Below, in pieces: positions 18,449 to 27,622 of a stretch of DNA of 64,000 bases (positions within the stretch are counted from its first letter, which is position 1; each line of letters opens with the position of its first letter). The stretch spans positions 91,703 through 155,702 of the forward strand of contig JAFUOH010000003.1 in the NCBI GenBank assembly GCA_017482055.1. The letters run 5' to 3'. Origin of the DNA: Clostridia bacterium. Lineage in GTDB: Bacteria > Bacillota > Clostridia > Oscillospirales > CAG-272. Below the pieces are notes generated by a model that was not told where the DNA came from, ran no database searches, and saw only the letters and a list, made by a program, of their open reading frames with translations. The translations under genes and the position numbers were made by a program.

Positions 18449-20911
18449 ATGAAAAAATCAGGACTTGTAATCAATAATTCTCTGTATGCTGTTTTTACCG
18501 TAATGCTTGTACTGCTTTTGTCGGTTACAATGACAGTTGGCGTGCTTGCGGCTGAGAGTAAAAACGAGATCACGGAGATAACGCTTAATAAAGCGATGAC
18601 GGATATTACCGTGGAGATACGCTTAACAAAAGAATATGTCAAGGAGAATAAATCCTCGACTCTGTATCTTTTTGAGGTGCTCCCGCATCAGTCTACCTCA
18701 GAGATCGGACAGTATGAACCTGTCAAGAGCTTTAAAACCGCCGAAAAGATCAGTATCAAGATACCGTATATCAATGGCAATATGAACAGGCTCTATTCCA
18801 AGTTCGTGGTAGCCGAGATGATTGCCGACGGCTCATATAATATTATCACGGGTGCAAAATATATCGAAAATATCGAGATGCTCGCAGAGAATAATGAGAC
18901 GTATCCCACAGGCAGCTCAAAAAAAGGTTTGCAGGTGCAAATGTTTTCGGATGCACAGCAGCTCGGCGTTCAGCATACGGTCATTAATGTGGCGCTCAAT
19001 GAGTATATGCTCGGTGAGAACTCTGACGCAGCGCAGTCCTTCCACTACAACGGCCAGACCTTCTATCTCGACAAAAACAAGATAGCATTGCTTGATCACC
19101 GTGTAAAGACATATACCGAGGCGGGCATAAACGTTTACTTCAATATCATTCTGACCGCTCCCGCCGCAAATGCCAATCAAAATATTCTGAGCTTCTATTA
19201 TGACGGTATCTCTGCGGATGCCGCGCTCTATGCGCTGAATACACGAAACGAGACAGCTATGAAAGCTTTCCAGGCATTCATGGACTATCTCTGCGTGCGA
19301 TACACAAGCCCTAACCACACCTATGGTTTTGTTCCCGGTATCATCCTCGGCTTTGAGGTCAATTCGGGAGATGTCTGGAATAACGCAGGGGCTGTAGATA
19401 TGGCGAATTATGTGTACTCCTACTGCACCGCTTTCCGAGTTGCCTATACAGCCATGCGTTCACATTACAGCGAGGGTATGGTCTATATCTCGCTTGGCAA
19501 CAATTTCAGCGCCGGCTCAGCCGATTTACGTGATTATCCCGCAAAAAGCTTCCTTGCCACGTTCAACACGGCAATAAAGAGCTCAGGAGACATCGAATGG
19601 GGACTTTCGGTAAACCCCTATGCTTCCTCCGCAGACATGGTGGATTATTGGAACGACACTTTGGCAGAGGACAATTTTGAAACTCCCTACATCACGATGA
19701 AGAATATCGGCACGCTCACAAGATACATGAATCAAGAGGAATATCTCTACGATTCCGAAGCGCGCAGTATTATCATCGGTGAGTTCGGTATATCGGGCGA
19801 TCCTTCCGACGATGCTTCCATGACCATTCAGGCAGCAGCATATGCATTGGCATATTATACCGCTGCACAGAATGAGGATATCGACGCGTTTATTTATCAC
19901 CGCCATGTTGACCATTCCGGAGAAACTCAGTACTACGGACTATGGACGGGAGCGGTGGGCAGTGTGGTCGAGCCCTCGGCAAAAAAGCCAATTTACAATG
20001 TATTTTCACTTATTGATACCGAGCAGAGTGAGACCGTTACCTCATTTGTAAAGTCCACTGTCGGAAACGGCGCGTTCGGAATGTTTATGGATTCCGAGGT
20101 CAAGTATAAGGTCTTTAATGAGCGCACCATGCTTCCATCGGTTCGGGCGGAGGCTACGGATTACGCCAAGGGCTACTCAAGGCGCACGCTGTTCGATCTT
20201 ACACAGGGCACGCTGTGTAATTTCTATCCTTCTGACAGCGTCGGGTATATAGAGCTAAGACCTTACAGTGACGGTACCAAGACGATGCTGTACGCACGTA
20301 TCACAGATACACCCACCGATTATAAGGGTATCAGCAATTCCATCACCGATGATAGCGCATTTGAGGACGCGCACTACATTAAGCTGCGCGTGATGGCGGC
20401 GGCACCCTCCGAGGTGAACTCGGTTAGTATAATGCTCCGACTCGGACAGATTGGTGACGCTGAAGCAGATACTGTCATTTATGAAGGCGAAGCCCAGATA
20501 AAGCCCAACGAATGGCAAGAGATCAGTTTTAATATTAAAGAGCTTACAAAGGCGACTGACGGTAATGTAGATATTTTAAAGCTGTGGGTACGCACTGCGG
20601 ACAGTGCACCTGCGGCAGGTGAATACGGTATCTGGCTTGAAAGCATGGAGCTTTACACCAAGAATGGCATGTCGGTCATTGGTTGGATATTCACGATCTT
20701 GCTCGTACTTGTTCTGTTGGCAGCGGCAGGTTATGGTGTGCTTTATCTGCGAGCGTATCTTATTCGCAAAAAGCGTCGTGAGGAAGCGGCGCGCCGTAAG
20801 CGTGAGCAGCTCCGAGCACAGGCTATGCAGCAGAATCGCGGAATGTATCCGCCATATTCAAGGCAGCCGCAAAACCGTGACGAGCGTAATTTCAGAGACG
20901 ATGATTTTTAA
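18449..20911 (+). CDS. Large secreted, C-terminally membrane-anchored protein with a clan GH-A-like TIM-barrel core (possibly DUF5722-type)
   Basis: It has an N-terminal signal/anchor, central segments ILGFEVNSG and SIIIGEFGISG that resemble the beta-4 and beta-7 catalytic strands of GH5-like enzymes, a C-terminal TM helix (VIGWIFTILLVLVLLAAAGYGVLYL), and a basic/acidic cytoplasmic tail. Confidence 0.45.
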   Translation: MKKSGLVINNSLYAVFTVMLVLLLSVTMTVGVLAAESKNEITEITLNKAMTDITVEIRLTKEYVKENKSSTLYLFEVLPHQSTSEIGQYEPVKSFKTAEKISIKIPYINGNMNRLYSKFVVAEMIADGSYNIITGAKYIENIEMLAENNETYPTGSSKKGLQVQMFSDAQQLGVQHTVINVALNEYMLGENSDAAQSFHYNGQTFYLDKNKIALLDHRVKTYTEAGINVYFNIILTAPAANANQNILSFYYDGISADAALYALNTRNETAMKAFQAFMDYLCVRYTSPNHTYGFVPGIILGFEVNSGDVWNNAGAVDMANYVYSYCTAFRVAYTAMRSHYSEGMVYISLGNNFSAGSADLRDYPAKSFLATFNTAIKSSGDIEWGLSVNPYASSADMVDYWNDTLAEDNFETPYITMKNIGTLTRYMNQEEYLYDSEARSIIIGEFGISGDPSDDASMTIQAAAYALAYYTAAQNEDIDAFIYHRHVDHSGETQYYGLWTGAVGSVVEPSAKKPIYNVFSLIDTEQSETVTSFVKSTVGNGAFGMFMDSEVKYKVFNERTMLPSVRAEATDYAKGYSRRTLFDLTQGTLCNFYPSDSVGYIELRPYSDGTKTMLYARITDTPTDYKGISNSITDDSAFEDAHYIKLRVMAAAPSEVNSVSIMLRLGQIGDAEADTVIYEGEAQIKPNEWQEISFNIKELTKATDGNVDILKLWVRTADSAPAAGEYGIWLESMELYTKNGMSVIGWIFTILLVLVLLAAAGYGVLYLRAYLIRKKRREEAARRKREQLRAQAMQQNRGMYPPYSRQPQNRDERNFRDDDF

Positions 20912-20917
20912 AAAAGC

Positions 20918-20957
20918 ATCCGCTGTTTCGCAGAGGCGAAACAGCGGATACTTTTAT
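20918..20957. terminator. Terminator between the 820-aa gene (+) and the DUF218 gene (-)
   Basis: 13-bp stem ATCCGCTGTTTCG / CGAAACAGCGGAT, with an A-run upstream and CTTTTAT downstream. Confidence 0.7.
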
Positions 20958-20996
20958 ATAGAGTATCATAAGCGGTGTTGGCATATTTGCTGTGGT

Positions 20997-21845
20997 TCAG
21001 GTTATTTTTGTTATAATCACCGCATCGTCGAAAAGCATCATTTTGATATACGACAGGTACTCACGTATCATGCTGACATAATGATGCCCGAAGCTCGGAG
21101 ACGGAGAGGAGCACAGCTCCATCGGAAGACCGTAGCGGCTTGTGAGCATTTCGATGCGCGGCAGGTGAAAGGCGGTGGAGACGCCGATAATACGCTTGTC
21201 GGTGAGCCCGAGCTCCTCGATCAGAGCTTTTGTGAAACGAACATTTTCGCTGGTGGAGTGTGATTCTGCTTCGGTTATGATGCGTTCCTCGGCGATACCG
21301 CGGTCCACAAGATACTCCCGCATCGCGACAGCTTCGGGAACGGTCTCGTTTGAGCCCTGTCCTCCGCTGACGATGCAGGTCGCATCGGGAAGCTGAGTGA
21401 GCAGCTCATATGCGGCGTCAAGCCTCAGCCGCAGTGTCAGGCTTGGGGTATAACCATAGGTACGGCAGCCGTATATCATGACTACGGTATCTTTTCCCGT
21501 ATTTCCCTCTGCGGCGTAAGTCTTACCGTATATTGCAGGTGTTTTTGCCGCATCAAGTCCGATGTAGCACCAGAAGGCAATAACGGTTGCGATGTAGATA
21601 CAGAGCAGTGATGTGAATATGATCCACAGCGGCTTGAAGGCGCGCTTCAAAAGCTTTTGAAGACGTTTGTGAAAGATGATGGGAAGCGCCGCACATGCCA
21701 TAACAAACAGTGCGAAAAGAGACATGAGGCGCGAATCAAAGCCGAAGATACACAGAAGCAGATAAACAAAATAGTAGAGGCAGATAAGCCCCGAAGCCGC
21801 GACAGTCACGACGGCGAGCGGGCTGTATTTTTTTCTATTTTTCAT
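20997..21845 (-). CDS. DUF218 (YdcF/SanA/ElyC-like) membrane protein
   Basis: It has N-terminal TM helices. The segment CIVSGGQGSNETVPEAVAMREYLVDRGIAEERIITEAESHSTSENVRF .. GVSTAFHLPR is the DUF218 core. The start is set to ATG 21845 (MKNRKKYSP), overlapping the upstream stop by 11 nt. Confidence 0.75.
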   Translation of the reverse strand: MKNRKKYSPLAVVTVAASGLICLYYFVYLLLCIFGFDSRLMSLFALFVMACAALPIIFHKRLQKLLKRAFKPLWIIFTSLLCIYIATVIAFWCYIGLDAAKTPAIYGKTYAAEGNTGKDTVVMIYGCRTYGYTPSLTLRLRLDAAYELLTQLPDATCIVSGGQGSNETVPEAVAMREYLVDRGIAEERIITEAESHSTSENVRFTKALIEELGLTDKRIIGVSTAFHLPRIEMLTSRYGLPMELCSSPSPSFGHHYVSMIREYLSYIKMMLFDDAVIITKIT

Positions 21846-23028
21846 TTTCTTCGATAAGCTTGTCAAGATACGGCGCCACACCGAGGGCGGCTGTGATGCG
21901 CTTGTATTCACTTAGAGCGGCGGCGCGGTCGGAAGCGGATCTGCGGCGGTTAAGGGTGGCGCGTATCATTAGGTTTTTTGGCGTATCATCGGGGTCGATC
22001 AGCTCAAGTGTTGTGACACTGTAGCCCATGGATTCAAGCCGCTTTACACGGAGCGCATCGGTGGCGGCATCGCAAAGCTTCTGCTTTAATATGGGGTGGT
22101 CGAGGATGAATGCAAGCTCTCCTCGCATTTCAGCTCCTGTGGCAGGGACGGAGAGCTGTTTTGACATCTCATGATGGCAGCAGGGGGTGGAGAGAATGAT
22201 GCCCGCACCCCATTTGATGGCGTTCGCCAGCACGATGTCGGTGGCGATGTCGCAGGCATGAAGCGAGATCACCATGTCCGGCGGCTCGGGCGGAACGTAC
22301 TCGTTGATGTTGCCGCTGACAAATCGCAGAGAGTCAAAATGCTGTCTTTGGGCGGCGGCATTACAGTATTCGATGACATCTTTTTTCAAATCAACGCCGT
22401 ACATTGTCACGGGGCGTTTTTTGATTACGGTGAAATAATAGTATACCGCAAAGGTGAGGTAGCTTTTTCCGCAGCAGAGATCGTAGATCACCGCGGGGCG
22501 GTCGCTGGGGAGCTTGTCCTCAACATCGCGCACAATCTCGAGGAAGCGATTGATCTGACGGAATTTCGCCTGCTTTTTATCGTGGATGCGGCCGCCGGCA
22601 TCGGAAATGCCAAGCTCGCGGAGGAATCCGATATCACGCGCTCCGTCCAGTATATAACGCTTACTGCCGTCCGTGATATCAGCAGTATCGGCGCTTGATG
22701 AGAATTTGCCCGAGATGTGAACAGTGCCCGACTTCGAGCGCTTGATCTCCGCGTCCCCTGCAGTGGTGATGATATTCACTTGACGGTAATCCTCCAACGC
22801 CATTCGTGTAAGCTCATCCGTACCGTCAGCATAAAGATTGCGGCGGTAAGTCTTATTATCCTTCGTAAAACGCTCGACTGCAAGGTATACGGTGCCGTCG
22901 GGCTTTTTTGTGAGCGAGGCGGTTTCCTTCAGCACTGTCTTATCCTCCGGCTTTGAAAATACCGCTTTTTTAAGTATCCTGCGCTCTATCGCATCGGAAA
23001 AGAGTGCGTTCAATTTTTCGTTTGACAT
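21835..23028 (-). CDS. Class I SAM-dependent methyltransferase with an N-terminal accessory domain
   Basis: VIYDLCCGKSYLTFAVYYY (motif I-like) and MVISLHACDIATD (motif IV-like). The substrate cannot be judged from sequence alone. Confidence 0.65.
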   Translation of the reverse strand: MSNEKLNALFSDAIERRILKKAVFSKPEDKTVLKETASLTKKPDGTVYLAVERFTKDNKTYRRNLYADGTDELTRMALEDYRQVNIITTAGDAEIKRSKSGTVHISGKFSSSADTADITDGSKRYILDGARDIGFLRELGISDAGGRIHDKKQAKFRQINRFLEIVRDVEDKLPSDRPAVIYDLCCGKSYLTFAVYYYFTVIKKRPVTMYGVDLKKDVIEYCNAAAQRQHFDSLRFVSGNINEYVPPEPPDMVISLHACDIATDIVLANAIKWGAGIILSTPCCHHEMSKQLSVPATGAEMRGELAFILDHPILKQKLCDAATDALRVKRLESMGYSVTTLELIDPDDTPKNLMIRATLNRRRSASDRAAALSEYKRITAALGVAPYLDKLIEENEK

Positions 23029-23206
23029 TTATGAGACCTCACGTGTATGAACTTTTTTAATTATACCACAAATTACTGACAATGTACATAATATTATTGT
23101 AAATTTTCATTGTATGCGATAATTCACAAATAGAGTGTTTACTTTTTCGTCATTATGCGATATAATTTGTTTATAAAAATGAGATATTCAAAGGAGCGAA
23201 ACGTTT

Positions 23207-24070
23207 ATGATGTTAAAAAAGGCAGTCAAAGCCGTGGGAGCGGCGCTGCTGTATTTTGGCATATATTTTGTCTGGCAGCTGCTTGTCGGCTTTTGGGTTG
23301 GGTTGAGTTATGAGATTTATGTTCTGGCAGTATATGGATCAGATGCCGATATTCAAACTCTGATTGTTGAGTTTTCACTTAAGTATGCTGTTCACATGAC
23401 GCTTGTCTCAAACATTCTGACTCTTGTCACGTACATTGTCATATTCCGCATGCGAAAAAAGAAATTCTGTACCGAGGTGGGACTTACCAAGCTGCATCCC
23501 GTAAACGGAATACTGACGGTGGTGCTCGGCATTTCAGTGAATGTGCTTGTGACAGTGATCTTTTCTCTTATCCCCTTTCCGAATGAGTGGTGGGAGCAGT
23601 ATGATTCTCTTTCGTCCACCATATCTGATTCTGCGGCATGGATATCAATGCTCAGCTCGGTCATCGCGGCGCCGATCGTAGAGGAGGTCGTACTTCGCGG
23701 GTTGTTCTATTCGAGGCTGAAGCGAGGTATGCCCATGTTTGCCGCCATGCTTATATCATCATGGATCTTCGGGCTGATCCATGGTGCGATCATCTGGATG
23801 ATGTACGCTTCGCTCATGGGTGTGCTGATCTGTTGGATATACGAAAAATACCGTTCGTTGACAGCGGCGATACTGTTCCACTTTGGATTTAATCTGTGCG
23901 GCTTCGTTCTTGGGTATATGGAAACGATTCCCGATATAGTTGTTATCCTGTTGTCGGTGTTATCTGTTGGACTTATCGTATATATACAGCATACTGCACC
24001 GGGAAAGATCGAATTTACTATGCCAAATGAGCAAATAAAGCCGTCTGAAAGTGAAAGCGGCGGGGAATAA
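23207..24070 (+). CDS. CPBP-family (CAAX-type) intramembrane glutamic protease
   Basis: Multi-pass membrane protein with the conserved motifs PIVEEVVLRG, FGLIHG and LFHFGFN. Confidence 0.8.
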   Translation: MMLKKAVKAVGAALLYFGIYFVWQLLVGFWVGLSYEIYVLAVYGSDADIQTLIVEFSLKYAVHMTLVSNILTLVTYIVIFRMRKKKFCTEVGLTKLHPVNGILTVVLGISVNVLVTVIFSLIPFPNEWWEQYDSLSSTISDSAAWISMLSSVIAAPIVEEVVLRGLFYSRLKRGMPMFAAMLISSWIFGLIHGAIIWMMYASLMGVLICWIYEKYRSLTAAILFHFGFNLCGFVLGYMETIPDIVVILLSVLSVGLIVYIQHTAPGKIEFTMPNEQIKPSESESGGE

Positions 24071-24102
24071 CGCAAAAATATCCGCAAATTTACAAATTAC
24101 TC

Positions 24103-24131
24103 TTGAAATCTTCGCGAGTATGATATATAAT
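24103..24131 (+). promoter_or_regulatory. Sigma-A-type promoter of yajC
   Basis: TTGAAA, a 17-nt spacer, then TATAAT. Confidence 0.55.
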
Positions 24132-24180
24132 ATAAGGGATTTAATATTTAATTAGATTAATATACTTTTTGGAGGCTAAT

Positions 24181-24522
24181 ATGCTAAATTTATTTCTTAC
24201 CGCCGATGCGGCGGCTGCCGATGCGGCAGCAGCGGGTGGGGCAGCAGGTCAGAGCATTATGACCATCGTCATGCTGGTCGTAATGGTCGCAGTGTTCTAC
24301 TTCTTTATGTACAGACCCCAGAAGAAGCAGGAAAAAGAGACCAACGAAATGCGCAATGGTCTGCAGGTCGGTGATGAGATCACTACGATCGGCGGCATCA
24401 TCGGCAAGATCATCAGCATCAAGGATGAGACCGTTATGATCGAGACCGGTCGTGACGGTACCAAGATCCGCATTTTAAAGAGTGCTGTCAAGAACGTTGA
24501 CGTGAAAGCAGAGGATTGCTGA
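24181..24522 (+). CDS. yajC: Preprotein translocase subunit YajC
   Basis: IVMLVVMVAVFYFFMYRPQKKQEKETNEMRNGLQVGDEITTIGGIIGKI is the canonical YajC pattern. The start is set to ATG 24181, which follows GGAGG. Confidence 0.9.
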   Translation: MLNLFLTADAAAADAAAAGGAAGQSIMTIVMLVVMVAVFYFFMYRPQKKQEKETNEMRNGLQVGDEITTIGGIIGKIISIKDETVMIETGRDGTKIRILKSAVKNVDVKAEDC

Positions 24523-24585
24523 CATAATGCGTGAACCCTTCACATATAAATTAGCGATATGATTTATATGTGAGGAGGGATATGC

Positions 24586-25059
24586 TTGAAGGGCAATTTT
24601 AAAAGGGACGAGTCTGCAGGTTCTGCGGCTTTTCTCGGAGCGGCGCTTCGCGGAGTACTTATCGGAATCGGAACGGCGGCGGTTCTAACGCTGATACTTT
24701 CGGCGGTGGCGCTGGCGCAGGAGGATCCTGACAGGTTTACGGGAATATTCGCCTATGCGGCGCTGTTTATCGGGGCACTTGCCTGCGGTCTTGCTTCGAT
24801 GAAGCTTGACCGTGAGCACGGTATGATCTCGCCGCTTATCGGCGGTGCCGGTTATGTGCTCGTTTTGTGGCTTGTTTCGCTGTTCTTTCGAGCGGATGCC
24901 GTTAACGCGGTATCACCGCTTGCGATGTCGCTGGGTTACCTTGGCTGTATTGCTGCGGCACTTGCCGGCGGTCTTATCGGACGGCCGAAGCGTGTGCGTA
25001 TTGACACGGCTAAAAAGAACCCGACAGCGCTTGTGCGAAAACAGCTCGGACGACGTTAA
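24586..25059 (+). CDS. Small four-TM membrane protein, TIGR04086-like
   Basis: 157 aa, Gly/Ala-rich TM helices, TTG start 7 nt after GGAGG. The family call rests on memory of composition and of its position after yajC. Confidence 0.45.
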   Translation: MKGNFKRDESAGSAAFLGAALRGVLIGIGTAAVLTLILSAVALAQEDPDRFTGIFAYAALFIGALACGLASMKLDREHGMISPLIGGAGYVLVLWLVSLFFRADAVNAVSPLAMSLGYLGCIAAALAGGLIGRPKRVRIDTAKKNPTALVRKQLGRR

Positions 25060-25070
25060 AAGAATCGTAT

Positions 25071-25102
25071 GTCTCCCGTCCGTGCGGCGGGAGACATTTT
25101 TT
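25071..25102 (+). terminator. Terminator/attenuator hairpin after the TIGR04086-like gene
   Basis: Stem GTCTCCCG / CGGGAGAC followed by ATTTTTT. Confidence 0.65.
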
Positions 25103-25127
25103 CTAACAAGGAAAGGAATCGAGAAAA

Positions 25128-25789
25128 TGGTACACACATTCAAATTCGGCGGTCAGCGTATCGCTTACGACAGTGTCAGCGGATTAGTGCTCCCTCTGAC
25201 GGAGCTTGCTTATAAGATGCTCGATTACATAGAGCTTCCAATGGCAAAGGAATGCTCGTCGGCACTGCGCTACGATCTTGCAAAGTTCGACAGTGCGGCG
25301 ATCAGTGATACATATAACGAGCTTTATGCCCTCTACCGCGACGGAAAGCTGTTTGCTGAGGGCGAGAGCGAGGTGGAAACCGTCGGCGGAGCGGCACTCA
25401 TGGTTGGCGATGTGCTTTGCACACGCGATAACCCGCATGTTTTGGAGATCGCGAAGTCTCTGGCGGATGAGGACAAGGATGCCGCAATCAGCGTGGTATG
25501 GGCGCCCGAGGGTGAAGCCGCATTTATTGATGAGGAGATTCCCGCCATTTTGAAAGAGCTTGAAAAGCTTGCCAAGGAGCAGGTCAAGCGTGCGAGGGGC
25601 GATATTGAAGGAAAGCCTCTCACGGCGTTCAAGTCATGTTGTGCGGCGGCACACACCGATGAGTCCTGCGCACACTGCTGGGCGAACAAGCTGTGCTCGC
25701 TCACTTCTCCACATAAGGCTATGTGCGAGCTCGAATGTAAGCGCATCGAGTGTGTGATGATGTGCGAGACCTCGGCTAAATCGGAGTAA
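25128..25789 (+). CDS. Truncated SCIFF-maturase (ScfB)-like protein lacking the radical-SAM core
   Basis: 220 aa starting at ATG 25128 after AAGGAAAGGA. The N-terminus MVHTFKFGGQRIAYDSVSGLVLPLTELAYKMLDYIE resembles ScfB/CteB N-termini. The C-terminus CAHCWANKLCSLTS..MCELECKRIECVMM resembles the end of a SPASM domain. There is no CxxxCxxC anywhere in the protein. Confidence 0.5.
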
Positions 25790-25802
25790 TGATGAGTAAT
25801 CG

Positions 25803-25837
25803 AAGGGCAGCCTGAAATGGTTGCCCTTTGCGTTTTT
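25803..25837 (+). terminator. Terminator after the ScfB-like gene
   Basis: 10-bp stem AAGGGCAGCC / GGTTGCCCTT (one G-U pair) followed by TGCGTTTTT. Confidence 0.6.
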
Positions 25838-25916
25838 GCAGAAGCTCCAAAATTTGAAATATTGTGCTTTGCGGTTGATTCGCGCATTTAATGACAAATC
25901 AACGCAGCAATAAAAA

Positions 25917-25946
25917 ATCGGGTTGCAGGGCAGCCCGATTTTTTTG
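25917..25946. terminator. Second hairpin terminator upstream of spoIIIAA
   Basis: Stem ATCGGGTTGC / GCAGCCCGAT (one G-U pair), with an A-run on the left and TTTTTTT on the right. Confidence 0.6.
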
Positions 25947-26014
25947 TGTTATCGGTCATTTTCGTGCTTGCTTGTCCGTATATATTACTATACCGAAAAA
26001 CGAGGACAACAATT

Positions 26015-26944
26015 ATGATAGAGAAAACATTGCTTCCAACGATTGTCGAGGTATGTTTGCCCGCACATATTACCGCGCGGATTTATACACTTGCGGAAAA
26101 CGGACGGCTCCATGCGGCGGAAATAAACGAAATACGGCTTCGAACGGGACGTCCTGCTACAGTCACCTGTGAGGGGAAAAATATACCGCTCGGCGAAAGT
26201 GTTACCGTCGCCGAGCTTGCGGAATGCGTGACAAGGTTGTGTCATGGCTCGGTGTACGCCCACGGCGACACCATCCGCGTGGGGTACATACAGGCGGGGG
26301 ACGGTATTCGCGTTGGGGTTTGCGGAACGCTTGCAGCCGACGGGCGAGCGGTGAGGGAGATAACCTCGCTAAATATCCGTGTGCCGCACATTATTCGCGG
26401 CGTATGTGACCGGATACTGCGACTGTGCTATGAAGCGCCGTCGATAAAACCCATACTCATATATTCGCCGCCGGGGGTGGGCAAGACTACACTTTTGCGG
26501 GATCTTGCCGCGAGACTCGGCGGTGAGCTTACACGGCGTGTGGTACTTATTGACACCCGTGGGGAGCTGTATCTTCCCGAAATGTTCAAGGAGACACTTT
26601 GCGATGTATTGATCGGCTACGGGCGTGCGGCGGGTATCGAGATCGCCACACGTACGCTGTCACCCGAGGTCATCATCTGCGACGAGCTGGGAGACTCCGA
26701 GGAGGTGCGGCAGATACTCAGCGCAGCAAGTGCCGGTATACCCATAATAGCCACCGCTCACGCGTCAAGTGTCACAGAGCTTATGGCGAAGCCAAATATA
26801 CGTATGCTGCATGAAAATGGGATTTTCCGCGGTTATGCGGGAATATCCCGTGAAAATGTAAATGGCATGCTGTCAAGATGCTTTACCTGCAGCTACACGC
26901 CGCATGACAGCGCTTTTTCGGAGCATGAGCCGTGCTGCGTTTAG
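26015..26944 (+). CDS. spoIIIAA: Stage III sporulation protein AA (AAA+/secretion-type ATPase)
   Basis: Walker A SPPGVGKTTLLRDLA and Walker B VIICDELG. The start ATG 26015 lies 8 nt after GAGGA. It is the first gene of an eight-gene spoIIIA-ordered operon. Confidence 0.9.
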   Translation: MIEKTLLPTIVEVCLPAHITARIYTLAENGRLHAAEINEIRLRTGRPATVTCEGKNIPLGESVTVAELAECVTRLCHGSVYAHGDTIRVGYIQAGDGIRVGVCGTLAADGRAVREITSLNIRVPHIIRGVCDRILRLCYEAPSIKPILIYSPPGVGKTTLLRDLAARLGGELTRRVVLIDTRGELYLPEMFKETLCDVLIGYGRAAGIEIATRTLSPEVIICDELGDSEEVRQILSAASAGIPIIATAHASSVTELMAKPNIRMLHENGIFRGYAGISRENVNGMLSRCFTCSYTPHDSAFSEHEPCCV

Positions 26945-27414
26945 CGGGAGCAGCGCTCATCTTTGCGGCATCATTGGCGGCGGGACTGTGCGCTGCGGGT
27001 ATGTATCGCACACGTGTGATACAACTGGAGGCGTTTCATTCTTTGATCGTGCACATCGGCAGGCAGATCGACAGCTGTCTTGTGCCTCTTGATCGAATAT
27101 ATGCCGCGTATCGTGATCCTGTGCTGGAAAGGTGTGGATTTCTTGCGGAGCTTCGCAGATCGGGTGGAGAAGCGGCACTTTCAGCCTGCGGATACAGATT
27201 GCTCTTATCTGACACGGAAATACATGAGCTCACAGCTTTTTTTATGGGACTCGGTCGCCACAGTGCAGAGGAGGAACCACGCCACTGCGCGTATTTTTCG
27301 GCGCGTATAGGTGAGCTTGCGGAAAAAGCACGGGGAGAGCTTGCGGCAAAAACACGGCTCTGCCGTGCGTTCGGCATGTTGCTTGGCATCATGCTGGCGG
27401 TAATTTTACTGTAA
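26932..27414 (+). CDS. spoIIIAB: Stage III sporulation protein AB
   Basis: N-terminus MLRLAGAALIFAASLAAG plus a C-terminal TM helix. It overlaps spoIIIAA and sits in the canonical position. Confidence 0.85.
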   Translation: MLRLAGAALIFAASLAAGLCAAGMYRTRVIQLEAFHSLIVHIGRQIDSCLVPLDRIYAAYRDPVLERCGFLAELRRSGGEAALSACGYRLLLSDTEIHELTAFFMGLGRHSAEEEPRHCAYFSARIGELAEKARGELAAKTRLCRAFGMLLGIMLAVILL

Positions 27415-27425
27415 CGGAGAAATAT

Positions 27426-27620
27426 ATGGATGTAACCCTTATCTTAAAGGTGGCGGGCATCGGACTGACGGTGAGCATCGCCTATCAGCTTTTATCCAAA
27501 TACGGGCGGGATGAACAGGCTGTGCTGGTGTCACTTGCGGGCATTATTATTGTCATGCTTATGCTGATCGACAAGCTCGGAACACTGTTTTCGAGCATCC
27601 GCTCGGTGTTTGGCTTTTAG
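27426..27620 (+). CDS. spoIIIAC: Stage III sporulation protein AC
   Basis: 64-aa two-TM protein, ILKVAGIGLTVSIAYQLLSKYGRDEQAVLVSLAG, typical of SpoIIIAC. Confidence 0.9.
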   Translation: MDVTLILKVAGIGLTVSIAYQLLSKYGRDEQAVLVSLAGIIIVMLMLIDKLGTLFSSIRSVFGF

Positions 27621-27622
27621 TT

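Noticed and set aside
20604-21263. 219-aa plus-strand ORF spanning the 3' end of the 820-aa gene, its terminator and the DUF218 gene
   Set aside because: It crosses a strong terminator hairpin and is antisense to the DUF218 gene. No motifs are recognisable.
24845-25127. N-terminal 94 codons of the 314-aa ORF 24845..25789
   Set aside because: This part overlaps the TIGR04086-like gene in another frame and runs through a terminator hairpin (25071-25102). A good SD plus ATG at 25128 starts the homologous part, so only 25128..25789 is called.
25838-25916. Possible small RNA between the two consecutive terminators upstream of spoIIIAA (it contains a third hairpin, GCGGTTGATT...AATCAACGC)
   Set aside because: I found no convincing promoter. 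TTGCAG-N17-ATATTG has a poor -10. The arrangement is explained adequately by tandem or bidirectional terminators plus the spoIIIA promoter region. It is worth checking only if RNA-seq data are available.
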